Translations under genes and position numbers: made by a program | Notes under the pieces: model-generated | The model's input: the letters and a program-made list of their open reading frames with translations, nothing else | The model's database searches: none | Told to the model about the DNA's origin: nothing | In this document: in pieces, positions 38,341-50,514 of the stretch | Numbering within the stretch: the stretch's first letter is position 1 | Layout: the number at the start of each line of letters is the position of its first letter | NCBI GenBank assembly: GCA_964016885.1 | Contig: OZ024745.1 | Span: forward strand, 93,868,001 to 93,932,000 | DNA length: 64,000 nt | DNA from: Eledone cirrhosa | Taxonomy: Eukaryota | Direction: 5' to 3'

Positions 38341-40007
38341 AGCAATTTATGTTATCGAAGCATTTGTAATGTTATTTATGTATATATTTAAAAGATCTTT
38401 GTTACGTTATTCTACTGTAAATTTATTTATATGCTCTGTTTATATTTTCATTCTGAAAGAATTGCAAACGATTTGTAATGTTATTTATACAACTATGAAT
38501 AAAATTACTAAGTATTTCTTATCAGATTTTCAATGCTTACTGCTTTATGTCAACACTAATTTGATTACATTCCAATCCAACCCCTTCTAAGTCCTGTTGT
38601 AGGAACCCCTTCCTGGTTGACCTCCACCACTTTCTGTTTGGTTTTGGTTATGTCAAGAGTTTAGCCATACTCACCATGCTTGTCCAATTGCAGGTTGGTG
38701 AGGCTATTTAACCCACAGTTGGGGTGGATGGCTGTTGACTCCAAGGAGTTCAGCTACCCTTTTAACAGCTTTTCTTCACTTAAAAAAACTTCAAGCACTG
38801 GCATCACTTAATCTAAACAACTTGCACGTGTGTTGTGTGAGCAAAGCCTTTTTTTTTTTACTGCAGCATATGCAAGAAAAGAATCCAAGTTCTTGGCGGG
38901 ACTACATGTATGAGAAGGAAAAGGTCAAGGGATGGCAATTCCCGAAACTGAGATGCCGCAATTATATATAATGTAAAGTGGTTGTGTAGATGTCACAACA
39001 AAAAGCACCTAGTACTCACTGTAAATGTGGTTGGCATTAGGAAGGGCATCCAGCTGTAGAAACCAAGCCAAAATCAATTCTGTATGAGTAAGAAATGGTC
39101 ACCTGACCTGGTCTATCTCACAACAGGACAACTCGTCTAACCCATGCTAGCATGAAAAAATGGATGTTAAACGGAATTCTCACACTGTAGGATAACCTCC
39201 CAAGGCAAAGAACATGCAGCCTGTTTCCTCCTTCACTTACACTCCCCGTTCCTCGTCACTGATTTCCCCAGTCTGGCTGAGGACATAACAAGCACCTTAG
39301 TGTTGTAAAGTACTAGTGCTGGTGTCACAATAAAAAACACCCAGTCCACTCATTAAGGTGCTGATGCCACAATAAAATGCTCCCAGTACACACAGTGAAG
39401 TGGTTGGCACTAGGAAAGGTATCCAACCCTAGAAACCAAACCCAAAACAATGTATGAGCAAGATGGGGTCATCTAACCAGTCTAACCTCATTCCTTATCT
39501 TCTGCTCCCAAACTTGATACCATCTCATCTCACTGTCATTCATGTCTGTGTCATTCACTCTTTCTCTCATTAACTAATATACTACCTCCATAGTAAGGGA
39601 TGATATTGGATCTGTCTGATCTTCTCATCTATCTCTCTGACTCTCAATCCCTCTCTTATTTTCTCTACCATGATGCTGCTGTAATAAAGAATGTCATTAA
39701 AAGAGTCTATTTCCTATCGCCACCACCACCGCCTCCACCATCCCACCTCATCTGCCACCAACTTTATCAGAATACTTTTCTCTCTTATCATAACAATTAT
39801 GTGTGTATATCTTACCATTACCTTTTTTTGTGCAAAGAACCATCATACCCTCTCCAACAGGCCACATCTTATTGACTTCCATCACTTGCTCTCATCACCA
39901 GCTTTCTCTAATTCAAGGAGCAAAATAAACATCATATGGCATTTCATCCAATGCTTTTGCCAATTTGGTGCATATGTACTTATCTAAGTCATTAACTGAA
40001 GCATAGC

Positions 40008-40224
40008 CAGTGCTGGATTTAGGATAAATGAGGCCCTGTGCTAGTTAAGTTATGAGGCCCCTTACTTGGGCCCTGAACGACGTAGGCTAGGTAAAACATT
40101 TGAAAAATTCAGCGTAAAAAAGTTTTTTGACAGGAAGATGCCCCCCCCCCCCCTCCCTCCCGCATCCCGGTCAACAGAGCCCTGTGCTTAAGCACACCTA
40201 AGCACAATGGTAAATCTGACACTG
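40008..40224. mobile_element. hAT (Tip100-like) MITE
   Basis: TIRs cagtgctggattta / taaatctgacactg, internal ggccc motifs, degenerate TSD agcatagc / atcatatc. Partial copy at about 42077-42135. Confidence 0.7.
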
Positions 40225-40281
40225 ATCATATCAAGGTAATGTAACAAGATATGTTAAACATTATTATTAGGCAAAGTTTAA

Positions 40282-40503
40282 AGGTAGTGGATTGGCAGTA
40301 TCGGTAGAGTATTGGACAACATGCTTTGCGGCATAGAGTTACGTCCCTTTGCGTTCTCAGTTCAAATCCTGTCAATGTTAACTTTGCCTTTCATCCTTAC
40401 AGAGTCAATAAAATAATGTATCAGTAATGCACTGGGGTAAATTTAATCGACTTCTCCCACCTCTTCCATAATTGCTGGCTTTGTGCCTAAATCAGAAACC
40501 ATT
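40282..40503 (+). mobile_element. SINE family B full-length copy
   Basis: ggtagtggattggcagtatcggtagag...gttcaaatcc...ctttgcctttcatcctt...gtgcctaaatcagaaaccatta. Confidence 0.85.
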
Positions 40504-41065
40504 AGGCAAACTTGAACCTTATTTTATAAGATAAATGTCATACATAAATTTCAATCATCATCATCACCATCACCACGACCATCATCATCATCATCATATT
40601 CATCATTTGAATGTCCATTTTTCCAAGCAAGTATGGTTTGCACAAATCTGCTGCAATGAATATAACCATATTTTATGTAAAAGTTAGATTATAGTAACTA
40701 TCTATACCAAATAGGGTGATGTATTAGCAGTATCTGTCATTAGAGGGATAAAGAAAATGCCTTGTGGTATTTACTTACAGCCCTCTAAGTTCTGAATTTA
40801 CATCTCACAAAGATTGACTGCTTTTCATTTGTCTGGGGGATCAATAAAATAAGTATTACCAATCAAATACTGGAGTTGATACACTCAACTGATTCATTTC
40901 TTCAAAAATCAATAAATCCAGTCACCTGTTGATGGATACAGGTGACCTGACCATTGATTGAAAGGTCAAACAATTGTGGGTTAAATAAATAGTAATATAA
41001 ATATACCAAATGTAGAGCACAATTTCACTTTAAAAAAAACTATAGTCCCAGATGTTGTTACAGCT

Positions 41066-41572
41066 CAACCCTTTAGCATTTAAACCGGCCATATCATCAT
41101 CATCATCGTTTAACACCCAGCTTCCATGCTAGCGTTAGCATGGGTTGGACGGGTTTGTCCCACTTGAGGCAAGATTGGTTGGGTGACCGTGTCTCGCTCA
41201 TACAGAACTGTTTCTGGCAGGTTTTCTAAGGCTGGATGCCCTTCTTAATACCAACCACATTTACTGTGTGGACTGGGAGCCTTTTTACCGTGTCTCCTTC
41301 ATGACCACTTTACAGTGTGGACTGGGTGCTTTTTGTCGTGTCGCCGACACAACCACTTTACAGTGGACGGAAGTAGGAGGATGGAGTAGATGTGCCATAT
41401 CCGGACAGAATTCTCTCACCTCTTTCTGTTCAAACCAGCTGTAATTGGCCGCTCATACTGATGTTAAGGTATTGTTCTCAAAATAAATAACGTCAAAATC
41501 TCATAGATTTGATATTATGTGAGATAAAACCTTTGCTACAAAAATGCAATAGTATATAGAGAATAATGTAAA
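41066..41572. mobile_element. piggyBac-like MITE split by an RTE 3' tail insertion (about 41093-41395, minus strand)
   Basis: ccctttagcatttaaaccggccatatc | (cat)n RTE tail | gccatatccggacagaattctctcacc. gccatatc is duplicated at both junctions, consistent with a TSD. Confidence 0.75.
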
Positions 41573-42713
41573 ACTGTATAAGATTAGTTGGCCTTCTAAG
41601 AGGCTACATCTCAGATATTTTAATTATAGGGAACCTATTCCAATCATCATCATCATCATTATCATTATTGTAATTGTAATTGTTGTCATCATCATCATCA
41701 CAATTTAAGGTCTATTTCCCATATTTGCATGGATTAGACAAGCTTTCACATTATGAGGTAATGTGACCTCATCTTGCTCATACACTCCATTTTTGGCTTG
41801 GTTTTCATGCCCCTCCTAATGCGAACCACTTTATAAAGTGTACTGGGAACATTTTATCATGACTTTGGTACTACTACCTTACATGATGGACAGGGTGCTT
41901 TTTGTTGTGGCACCAGCACTACCACCTTACATGGTGGTCTGGGTGATTTTTGTCATGGCATCAGCACTATCACCTTACATGGTGGTTTGGGTGTTTTTTG
42001 TCATAGCACCAGAGTGAATATGGTGACAAGAGGCAAGATTTGAACTCAAAATGCACAAAATCTCAACAGATACACCCAGTGCTGCATTTAGGACAAATGG
42101 GGCCCTGTGTTAGTTGAGTTATTAAGCCCGTTACATTTGAACTATACAGCAAAACATCCTGTCTGACAATCCAACAATTCTGTCAGTTCACCACCCCAGA
42201 CAATTACTGTATTTAACAAACTCGAAAGGACAAAAGAACAAATTTCAGAACAAATACTTCAAGGAGTATACAATCCAATGATGCTGTTGATTTACTGATG
42301 CTCTAATGACGTTGTTGATTTACTGCCATTAACCAGAGGAGTTGTATATTGCTCTCTAATCAATTGTATGTGTGTGAGTGATAGTGGTATAAACATCTGT
42401 GACATCAAATTTACTATATATCAAAGTAACGAGCCAACAAGAGAGCCTCTATGTGGTCATTTAACCTGTTAGAAATAACCACCAAATTACTCTTTGAAAC
42501 ATGATGATATCTATGACTACATTGGATAATTAAATACATAATGCCTGGCCCCACTTCTTTTAGATCACACTTCAAATGAAAATAAAACATATTTACATTA
42601 AAGAAAGTATTACATTTGTAAATTTCCTAACACCAATAAGTTTCATTTAAAAACAAATATAATTTTTGTCAAAATATTTTATTTATTTTTTGCAGAAATT
42701 TAATCTCTGATGT

Positions 42714-42891
42714 TTAACTCTTTAGCATTTAAACCGGCTGTATCCAGCCAGAATTCTCTCACCTCTTTCTGTTCAAACCAGCTGTAACCGGCCACTCATA
42801 CAAACATTAAGATATTGTTTTCAAAATAAATAATATCAAAATATCATAGATTTGATATTATACAATAGTAATGTAAATGGTGAAGGGTTAA
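42714..42891. mobile_element. piggyBac-like MITE copy
   Basis: ttaactctttagcatttaaaccgg ... taaatggtgaagggttaa. Confidence 0.8.
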
Positions 42892-43159
42892 AACATAAAA
42901 ATCCAAAGACTGCTTTAAAAAGAAAACAAGCAAAAAAAAAACCGTAACAAAAAGCTGCTTAAACTGAATGTGTTAAATAATTATCATATGTGCATGAGTG
43001 TGTGTTTGTCTTTGTGAGAAGTTTAGTAAGCTATGGCCTAATTAAACCAATTTCTCATTCAGTTTTTAATAATATAATTTCTCTCGTATATGCTAATTTG
43101 TTGGACTCACTTCCAACACAAACACACACATGTAAGACATAATGAAAATATTTGTTATT

Positions 43160-43532
43160 TTGACAGTCAGTAGGCACCTCTTAACCCAATATACACCCTA
43201 TACTCCATCCTCCCACTCCCATCCACACCACCCTTACTCTAAAGTTATGTTGGTACCACAAAATATCCAGTCCACACTGTAAAGTGGTTGTGTAGGTGTC
43301 ACAAGAAGCACCCAGCCCACACTGTAAACTGGTCATGTAGGAGACATGGTAAAAAGGCTCCCAGTGCACACTGTAAATGTGGTTGGAAGGGCATCCAGCC
43401 GTAGAAAACCAGCCAGAAACAGTCCTATACAAGCAAAACACGGTCACCTGACTAATCTTGCCTCAAGTGGGATAAACCCGTCTAACCCATGCTAGCGTGG
43501 AAGATAGACATTAAACAAGGATGATGATGATT
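43160..43532 (+). mobile_element. RTE LINE 3' UTR fragment
   Basis: acagtcagtaggcacctcttaacc...gaagggcatccagccgtagaaa...atagacattaaacaaggatgatgatg. Confidence 0.85.
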
Positions 43533-43614
43533 TCTCATATATTTTTTATGTCATCCTGAATAGCCATGTGCGAGAGCCCATTAACTGTCATCAAGTATAG
43601 TGATTTTCCCTTTC

Positions 43615-44040
43615 AGATACCTAGGACTTCAACCCAAGGAAGTAACAACTGGTAAAGTACAAAACTCAGGACTTCTGCCCACAATGTTGGCACCCTGAAA
43701 AATAAATAAGGTGAAATTGTGGAGCTGGTAGAGAGGAGAGAAGTGGATCTATGCTGTGTACAGGAGGTGAGATGGAGGGCTGCCTCAGCGAGACTGCTGA
43801 CAGACAAACAACATAGATACAAACTTTATTGGATAGAAAATTACAGTGGGGTGGGAGATATAGGTATCTTACTAGCTAACAAATGGGTAGATAAGATGAT
43901 GGAGGTAGTTATAGTAAGTGAAAATTGCCAGGAAATCCCAGTGGAAGGAAGCTGCAGAAGAGGTAGACCAAGAAAGACCTGGTCGGAGGTTATGAGAGCT
44001 GAGCTTAAATTGCTGAGAATCACAGAGGACATGGCATCAC
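43615..44040 (+). pseudogene. Internally deleted RTE LINE (endonuclease N-terminus fused to extreme C-terminus)
   Basis: NVGTL..GEIVELVERREVDLCCVQEVRWR...GILLANKWVDK joined near 43920 to EGSCRRGRPRKTWSEVMRAEL. Confidence 0.8.
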
Positions 44041-44636
44041 ACAGTCTTCTCTCTTGCACACTAATTTTGATTCCTATTATACCTATATTCTCTCTCTCAG
44101 TTCACTTGTTCCCTTTTGTTCATGCACATTAATATTACACATCTAGTGGAGCATACTTGCTTCATTTCTTTCTAGCCATCCCAAATCTTCCATATCTAAG
44201 GCCCACATCTTGCTACAATGCATCATTGCACTTTAAACAGAAGCATCATACAACCGAATCAGTTACATGTTTCCAACAGGCTACTCAACAGCTCACTGCA
44301 TTTATAAGAGTGATGAGGAATTGTCTATGTAATTCAGATGGAACAAATAGTGTAAGGAATTATGTTTGAAAGCATCAGTTTATCAGATTTCATGCCAATG
44401 CTTACATCTTTCTTACAGATGCCTATATTATTCTTTTACATCCACTTTTCCATGTTTCCAATATATATATATAGGTATAAGCAAGACATGGTATCTGACC
44501 TTGATTTGCCTCAAATAGGACAACCTGTCTAACCCATGATAGCATGGAAAATGGACGTTAAGTGGTGATGATGATACATACATACATATATATATATATT
44601 ATCCCAAAGAGAGGAAATTGGAACTGAAAGTTCCTT

Positions 44637-44681
44637 AAACTCTGATGAAGGGACTTTTAGGTCCCGAAATATTGGACAGAT
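44637..44681 (+). ncRNA. Degenerate hammerhead ribozyme-like motif
   Basis: CTGATGA-a-GGGAC-ttttag-GTCCC-GAAA with a perfect stem II. Stem III and the cleavage triplet are degenerate. Confidence 0.45.
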
Positions 44682-44829
44682 AAAAGAATAACAACAAAAC
44701 AAAGATTACCAGGTACTTACTTTTACTTACCTCATCTTACACTCCTCCATCTTACAGTCCATTTTGCATTGTTTAGCCTTCAATGTTATATATTATATAC
44801 AATGCTTCAAGCATTTATAACATTATATC

Positions 44830-46908
44830 ATCATCATCATCATCACCATTTTACTTCCGTTCTTTCACGCTAGCATCGGTTAGATGGATTGTCCTGTTGT
44901 GAACAGTATCCAGTTGGCTGACCTTGTCTTGCTCATACAGGAACTGATTTTGGCTTGATTTCTACAGCTGGATGCCCTTCCTAACACCAACCTCATTTAC
45001 AGTGAGTGGTGGGTGCTTTTTTTCCGTGGTGCCTACACGTCCACTTTACAGTGTGGTCTGGGTGCTTTTTTGCCGTGGCACCTCCATGACCACTTTACAG
45101 TGGGGCGGGGGGGGGGGCATAAAGTCTATGTGCTTCAGCTTGTTCCTGTGAGAGGGGGGGGGTCGGGTCTTCTGTATTACTGCGTGACGCCAGAGGTCAT
45201 GGTTGTGTGTCATTGCCCTTGAGAGGTGCAATTGGGTAAGGCCGGCCTTTATCACCTCATCCCAGGTCTTCTTGGGTCTCCCCACTCTGCGGCTTCCATC
45301 GATTTCTAGTGCTCTGCACCTTTTTATGCAGCTGTCATCCTTCATACGCATCACATGTCCATACCAGCGCAACCTCCTCTCCTGCACACAGCATTTGATT
45401 CCTCTTATTCTCAGTCTCTCTCTCAATTCGTTTATACTTTGCCGTTCGCATATATTACTATTACACATCCATGCAAGCTTCGTTTCTTTCTAATCTGCGC
45501 AAGTCTTCTACAGACAGCGCCCAGGTTTCACTTCCATATAACATTGCTGTTCGTATACACGGATCATACAGTCTGCCTTTCATTTTGAGGGAAAAGCTTT
45601 TTGCAGCTAGCAGTGGCAGTAGCTCCCTGTACTTCTTCCATCCCGTTCTTACCCTAGTTATTGTACTTACCGAACATCCACCTCCAATGCTAATTTGGTC
45701 ACCTAGGTAGCAGAAGCTGTCTACTGTTTCTACAGAGCCCCCCCCCCCCCCCCCCCCGAGTTTGGTGGTACTTGTTTCCTGTGGCTGTTTGCTGCTTGCT
45801 GTCCCAGCACAGCTGCTACATATGGAGCCTACATTCTTAGTTAAACTTCCTGAGATGCCACTACATCTCTTGTGTACCAATTGTTTGCATTTGGGGCAGA
45901 GGATGGAGTTCCTACCTACACCTTTCCTACATACTGAGCAAGGCCATTTCCCTGAGGGAATCTGGGTTCTGTTTTCTCGTCTACTTACAAGAACCTTAGT
46001 CTTTGTCAGGTTGACTTTGAGACCCTTTCTTTCTAGTCCCTGCTTCCATGTTTAGAATTTTTTCTCTAGTTCCACCATGGATTCAGCTACAAGTGCGAGA
46101 TCATCCGCATGCAGGAGTTCCCATGGGCATCCGGTCTTAAATTCCTCCGTTATTGCCTGCAAAACTATAATGAACAGGAGAGCGCTAACAACAGAGCCCT
46201 GGTGGACACCGACCTGTATGCTAAATTCCTCACTATAGTCATTGCTAACTCTAACTTTGCTGACTGCTCCTCTATACATGGCTTCTACAGCTTTCACAAG
46301 CCATTCATCTACTCCTAATTTTCTAAGAGCCCACCAGATTATAGCACGGGGGACTCTGTTGAAGGCTTTTTCCAGATCGACGAATGCCAGGTAGAGCAGC
46401 TTACTTTTAGCTAGGTACTTTTCCTGTAACTGCCTCACAAGGAAAAGGGCATCAGTGGTGCCTTTTCCTGGTACAAACCCAAATTGCATCTCATCTAGTT
46501 TCACCCGCTCCCTAATCAACTGTGCTATAACTCTTTCCGTTACTTTCATGACCTGGTCCATCAGCTTTATACCTTTATAGTTTCCTCTATCTAGTGCATC
46601 ACTTTTACCTTTGTAACAGTTGACAATGATGCTGCTGCACCAATCCTTTGGTATGATACCCTCTAGTATTACCGCGTTAACAATTCGTGTGGTTATGGTG
46701 TGACCTACCGACCCAGATGCCTTCAGCATCTCGGCAGCTATACCCGATGGACCGGTTGCCTTCCCTGTCTTCATATCTTTGATTGCCTTACTTACTATGC
46801 TGCTTCTGACTTGTACTGCTGGCCCCTCTATAGGGTCCGCTTGGGGTAGAGTCTCTTTTTCCCATGCATTCTCCTCGTTTAGTAATCTTTCATAATGGCT
46901 CTTCCACG
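44830..46908 (-). pseudogene. RTE LINE, 5'-truncated (RT, PHD finger, C-terminus, 3' UTR)
   Basis: QFGFVPGKGTTDA, AFVDLEKAFNRVPR, GVHQGSVVS, LLHADDL, GKWPCSVC..HKRC..C..C, LYGSETW, RRLRWYGHV, GRPKKTW, several stops/frameshifts, (gat)n tail near 44830. Confidence 0.95.
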
Positions 46909-46956
46909 CATATATATATATATATATGTATATATATACATACATACATTTATATA

Positions 46957-47768
46957 TAAATGAAAGGCAGATTGTATGATGCCTGTATACGACCAGCAAT
47001 GCTACATGGCAGTGAGACATGGGCATTACGTGCAGAGGACCTGCGTAGACTGGAAAGGAATGAAGCATGCATGCTCCGTTGGATGTGTAATAGTAATATA
47101 CGTGAACGGCAAAGCATAAATGAACTAAGTGAGAAATTAGGAAAAAGAGGGATCAGATGCTGTTTACTTGAGAGAAGACTATGTTGGTATGGTCACGTGA
47201 TGCACATGAAAGACGACAGCTGCATAAAAAAGTGCAGGGCGATCAAAATTGATGGTAGTTATGGAGTAGGTAGACCCAGAAAAACCTGGGAGGATCTGAT
47301 AAATTCCGACCTCACACACTTACATCTCTCTAAGACAATGTCTCTGGACCGAGATCTTTGGCGTTACGCAGTAATACAGAAAACCCGCCTTGCCTATGTA
47401 CAAAGCAAAACCTACAGTCAGTAGGCACTTCTTAACCAAATATACACCCCAATTCACTACCCCTACCCTATCCTCCCACTCCCACCAACAGCACGAGAAA
47501 ATGAGATCGAGATCGTGTAGGTATCACGACAAAAAACACACACAGTCCACGCTGTAATGTGGCCGTGTAGGTAACACGGTAAAAAGTTCCGAGTTCCACA
47601 TTGTAAATGTGGTTGGTGTTAGGAAGGGCATCCAGCCATAGAAAACCTGCCAGATAGTCCTATATGAGCGAGACACAGTCACCCGACCAGCCTTGCCTCA
47701 AGTGGCACAACTCCCGTCTAACCCATGCTAGCGTGGAAAATGGACGTTAAACGAAGATGATGATGATG
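46957..47768 (+). pseudogene. RTE LINE 3' fragment, head-to-head with the previous copy across a (TA)n tract
   Basis: KGRLYDACIRPAMLHGSETW...RRLCWYGHV...GRPRKTW, then 3' UTR and (gat)n tail. Confidence 0.93.
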
Positions 47769-48344
47769 TGTATATATATATCAGAAAATTAACAAAGAAA
47801 GGACAAGACAATGAATGAAAACAAAACAAGACGAAAAACAATTTTTTAAGGGGCAACATTAATAAATTATATTTTTTTTTAAATATACAAACGAAGGACA
47901 GAACTCCATGGTCACCAACCGTTGAGATGGACTTTTGCCATTTTGACCCCTACCAACGATACTGCTGGTCCAACCCGGTCACAGTATCTGACATAAACCA
48001 AGCACTGTCCAAAGGAGTGAGAGACAAAAGACCAACATTAATCTATAGCCATTAAGCTACAAAAAAAAATATACAATTTTGTGTGACGTTAGGGAAAATA
48101 TTTGGTGCCTCTTAGAGGAGGTGAAACATGAATGAAAGAAAGAAAAAAAGAAACAAAGAAAAAAAGCAAGAAGAAAAAGTAAGATATCATGTTAAAAGAT
48201 GTAAGCCATAACAATAAATGAGGGAGAAGAGATAAATACGTACGCCACATATTATGTTCCAATGATATCAATACATTATAAAAAAATCTGCCTTACCCTT
48301 TCGTTATTGATACATCAAAATGAAAAAATGAATTCATGAGAGAT

Positions 48345-48557
48345 AAGGCTTTCTGATTTAGGCACAAGGCCAACAATTTTGGGGGAGGGAAAAGTCAATT
48401 AAATCGACCCCTATATTTTACTTTATTTTATCGACTCTGTAAAGATGAAAAGTAAAGCTAACCTCGGTTGGATTTGAACTCAGAACGTAAAAGGACATAA
48501 CTATATGCCACAAAGTATGTCCTCCAACGCTCTACCGATTATTGCTAATCCTCCACC
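48345..48557 (-). mobile_element. SINE family B copy
   Basis: Homologous to 40282-40503 in reverse. Confidence 0.8.
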
Positions 48558-48699
48558 ATGTTGATGAAAGATAATGAAAGTGATTTGTGTTGCATATTTT
48601 GTGATTGACATCATTCAAATTATTTATTATCAGATTAAAATGTATTTTGTATTGTATTGCATTTTATATTTTAATAATTAACACAAAGGGAAAAAATAA

Positions 48700-48985
48700 T
48701 AATATTTAAATGAAACAAAAAATAGGAAAGTAAAAAAAAAAAAGAGAATTAAGCAACAAAGGAAAAGGAGAGAGGAAGAGAGGGATAGACTCTACACCTC
48801 AATCTGAGTGGTGATTCATCCATGCCTTGTAGACAGATGGTGAAGGCATTGCCACGGAGAATGGCCAGCAACACACGCTGCAACAGTCACCCAGCCTTAT
48901 GGGGTTCCTTCCTCAGACAGGCTGCTGTCTTTCCAATTTTGCGGAGGTAATCGGCTGTACAGAAACCAAGGACACCAGAGATGTA
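48700..48985 (-). pseudogene. CRE-like RLE LINE 3' fragment
   Basis: Reverse strand: SGVLGFCTADYLRKIGKTAACLRKEPHKAG*LLQRVLLAILRGNAFTI, then a pyrimidine-rich 3' UTR. Confidence 0.7.
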
Positions 48986-50134
48986 TAAGATTTTAGTAGT
49001 TTTTATTTGTATTGTTCTCTTATTAATTTTGATTTATATCGTCCTGTATTTGAGTTGTAATTTAGATAAAAATGGGATGTTGATTATACATTTTCTCAAT
49101 AAGGGTTGATCTGCAGATACATTTCTTAACCATTTCATGACCACATTTCTAATGAAATACACTCTATTTTAATTTTTGCCTTTCGTTCTTCCACAGTTGA
49201 TAAAATAAAGTACCAGGGGTCAATTTCTCTTTCCCCCAATTGCTGGCCTTGTGCCTAAATTAGAAACCGTTTATCATCATCGTTTAATGTTTACTTTCCA
49301 TGCTTTCATAGGTTAGACAGGTTTTCACATATTGAGGCAAGCCAGGTCAGGTGACCACATCTTGCTCATATGTTCTGTTTTGGGTTTCTACAGCTGGATG
49401 CCTTCTAAATGTCATGGGTTTCATCACAAAACATGTTTGTATCCTAATTATTGTTTGTTGTTGTTATCATTGTTGCTGTGGCTGCTGTTGTTGTTGCTGT
49501 TGTTGTTCTTGTTATGACTCACTACACCACTGAGAAATTTTGCTTTAAGACATGTTTTACAGGTAGTGAATGAAAGAGACAAATTGGTGTAGATGAATAG
49601 TTAAACCTACCAGTTTCACTTGTTGATTGGAGTCATCATCATTTAATGTCTGCTTTCCCTGCTAGCAAGGGTTGAACAGATCTACATAAACCAAATCTGT
49701 ACTACCAGTTTCATTTGATGATTGGAGTCATCCTCATCATTTAATGTCTGCTTTTGCTGCTAGCAAGGGTTGGAGAGGTTTACATAGACTAAGTCTGTAC
49801 TGAAGCAAGGCTACTGATCTCCCAAACAGGTCAGAGGTGTGCATCTCACTTACATAGGGTCTCACATTCTCTCAGGTGCAGAGGAGAAGCCACCATATCT
49901 TTGACACAACTGAAGGGTCCTTTCAACTCTTCATTTGGCAAGCTTTCTATGTTGGATGCCTTTCCTATCACCAATCACTTTACAGCATGTACTGGCTGCA
50001 TTTTTGTGTAGATCCCCAACAGTAGAGATGTTGCCGTATCATGTCATGACTGAAGGGTCTTCCCGATCCGGTTTTTTTTTTAGGCATGAGAAGAGAAACT
50101 TTGACAAAAATTATGTTTGGCGTAAATTAATTTC

Positions 50135-50340
50135 TAATTTAAGCAGAATGCCAGCAAATTTGAGGTACGGGCAAGGTTGATTAAATCAACTCCAGTACTT
50201 GACTGGTCCTTTATTTTATCAACCTTGGAAGGATGAAAGGAAAAGTTGACTTCAGCGGGATTTAAACTCAGAACATGAAAGGCCGTAATTAAATACCACA
50301 AGGTATTTATATTCAATGTTCTAACAATTCTGCTAATCCA
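50135..50340 (-). mobile_element. SINE family B diverged copy
   Basis: ttttatcaaccttggaaggatgaaaggaaaagttgacttcagcgggatttaaactcagaac. Confidence 0.7.
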
Positions 50341-50514
50341 TAGTAATATTTTTTAAATCCATAAAAAATACATATTTGACATATAAACTAGTTTACACAA
50401 GTGGAAAACAAAAAGTTGTTGTCATTGGTTACAGAAAAGGAAATGTCATGGAAATGTAAAGCTATTTTTAGTGTTTCTCTTGAAAAATCAGTATTTATTT
50501 ATTCATTTATTAAG

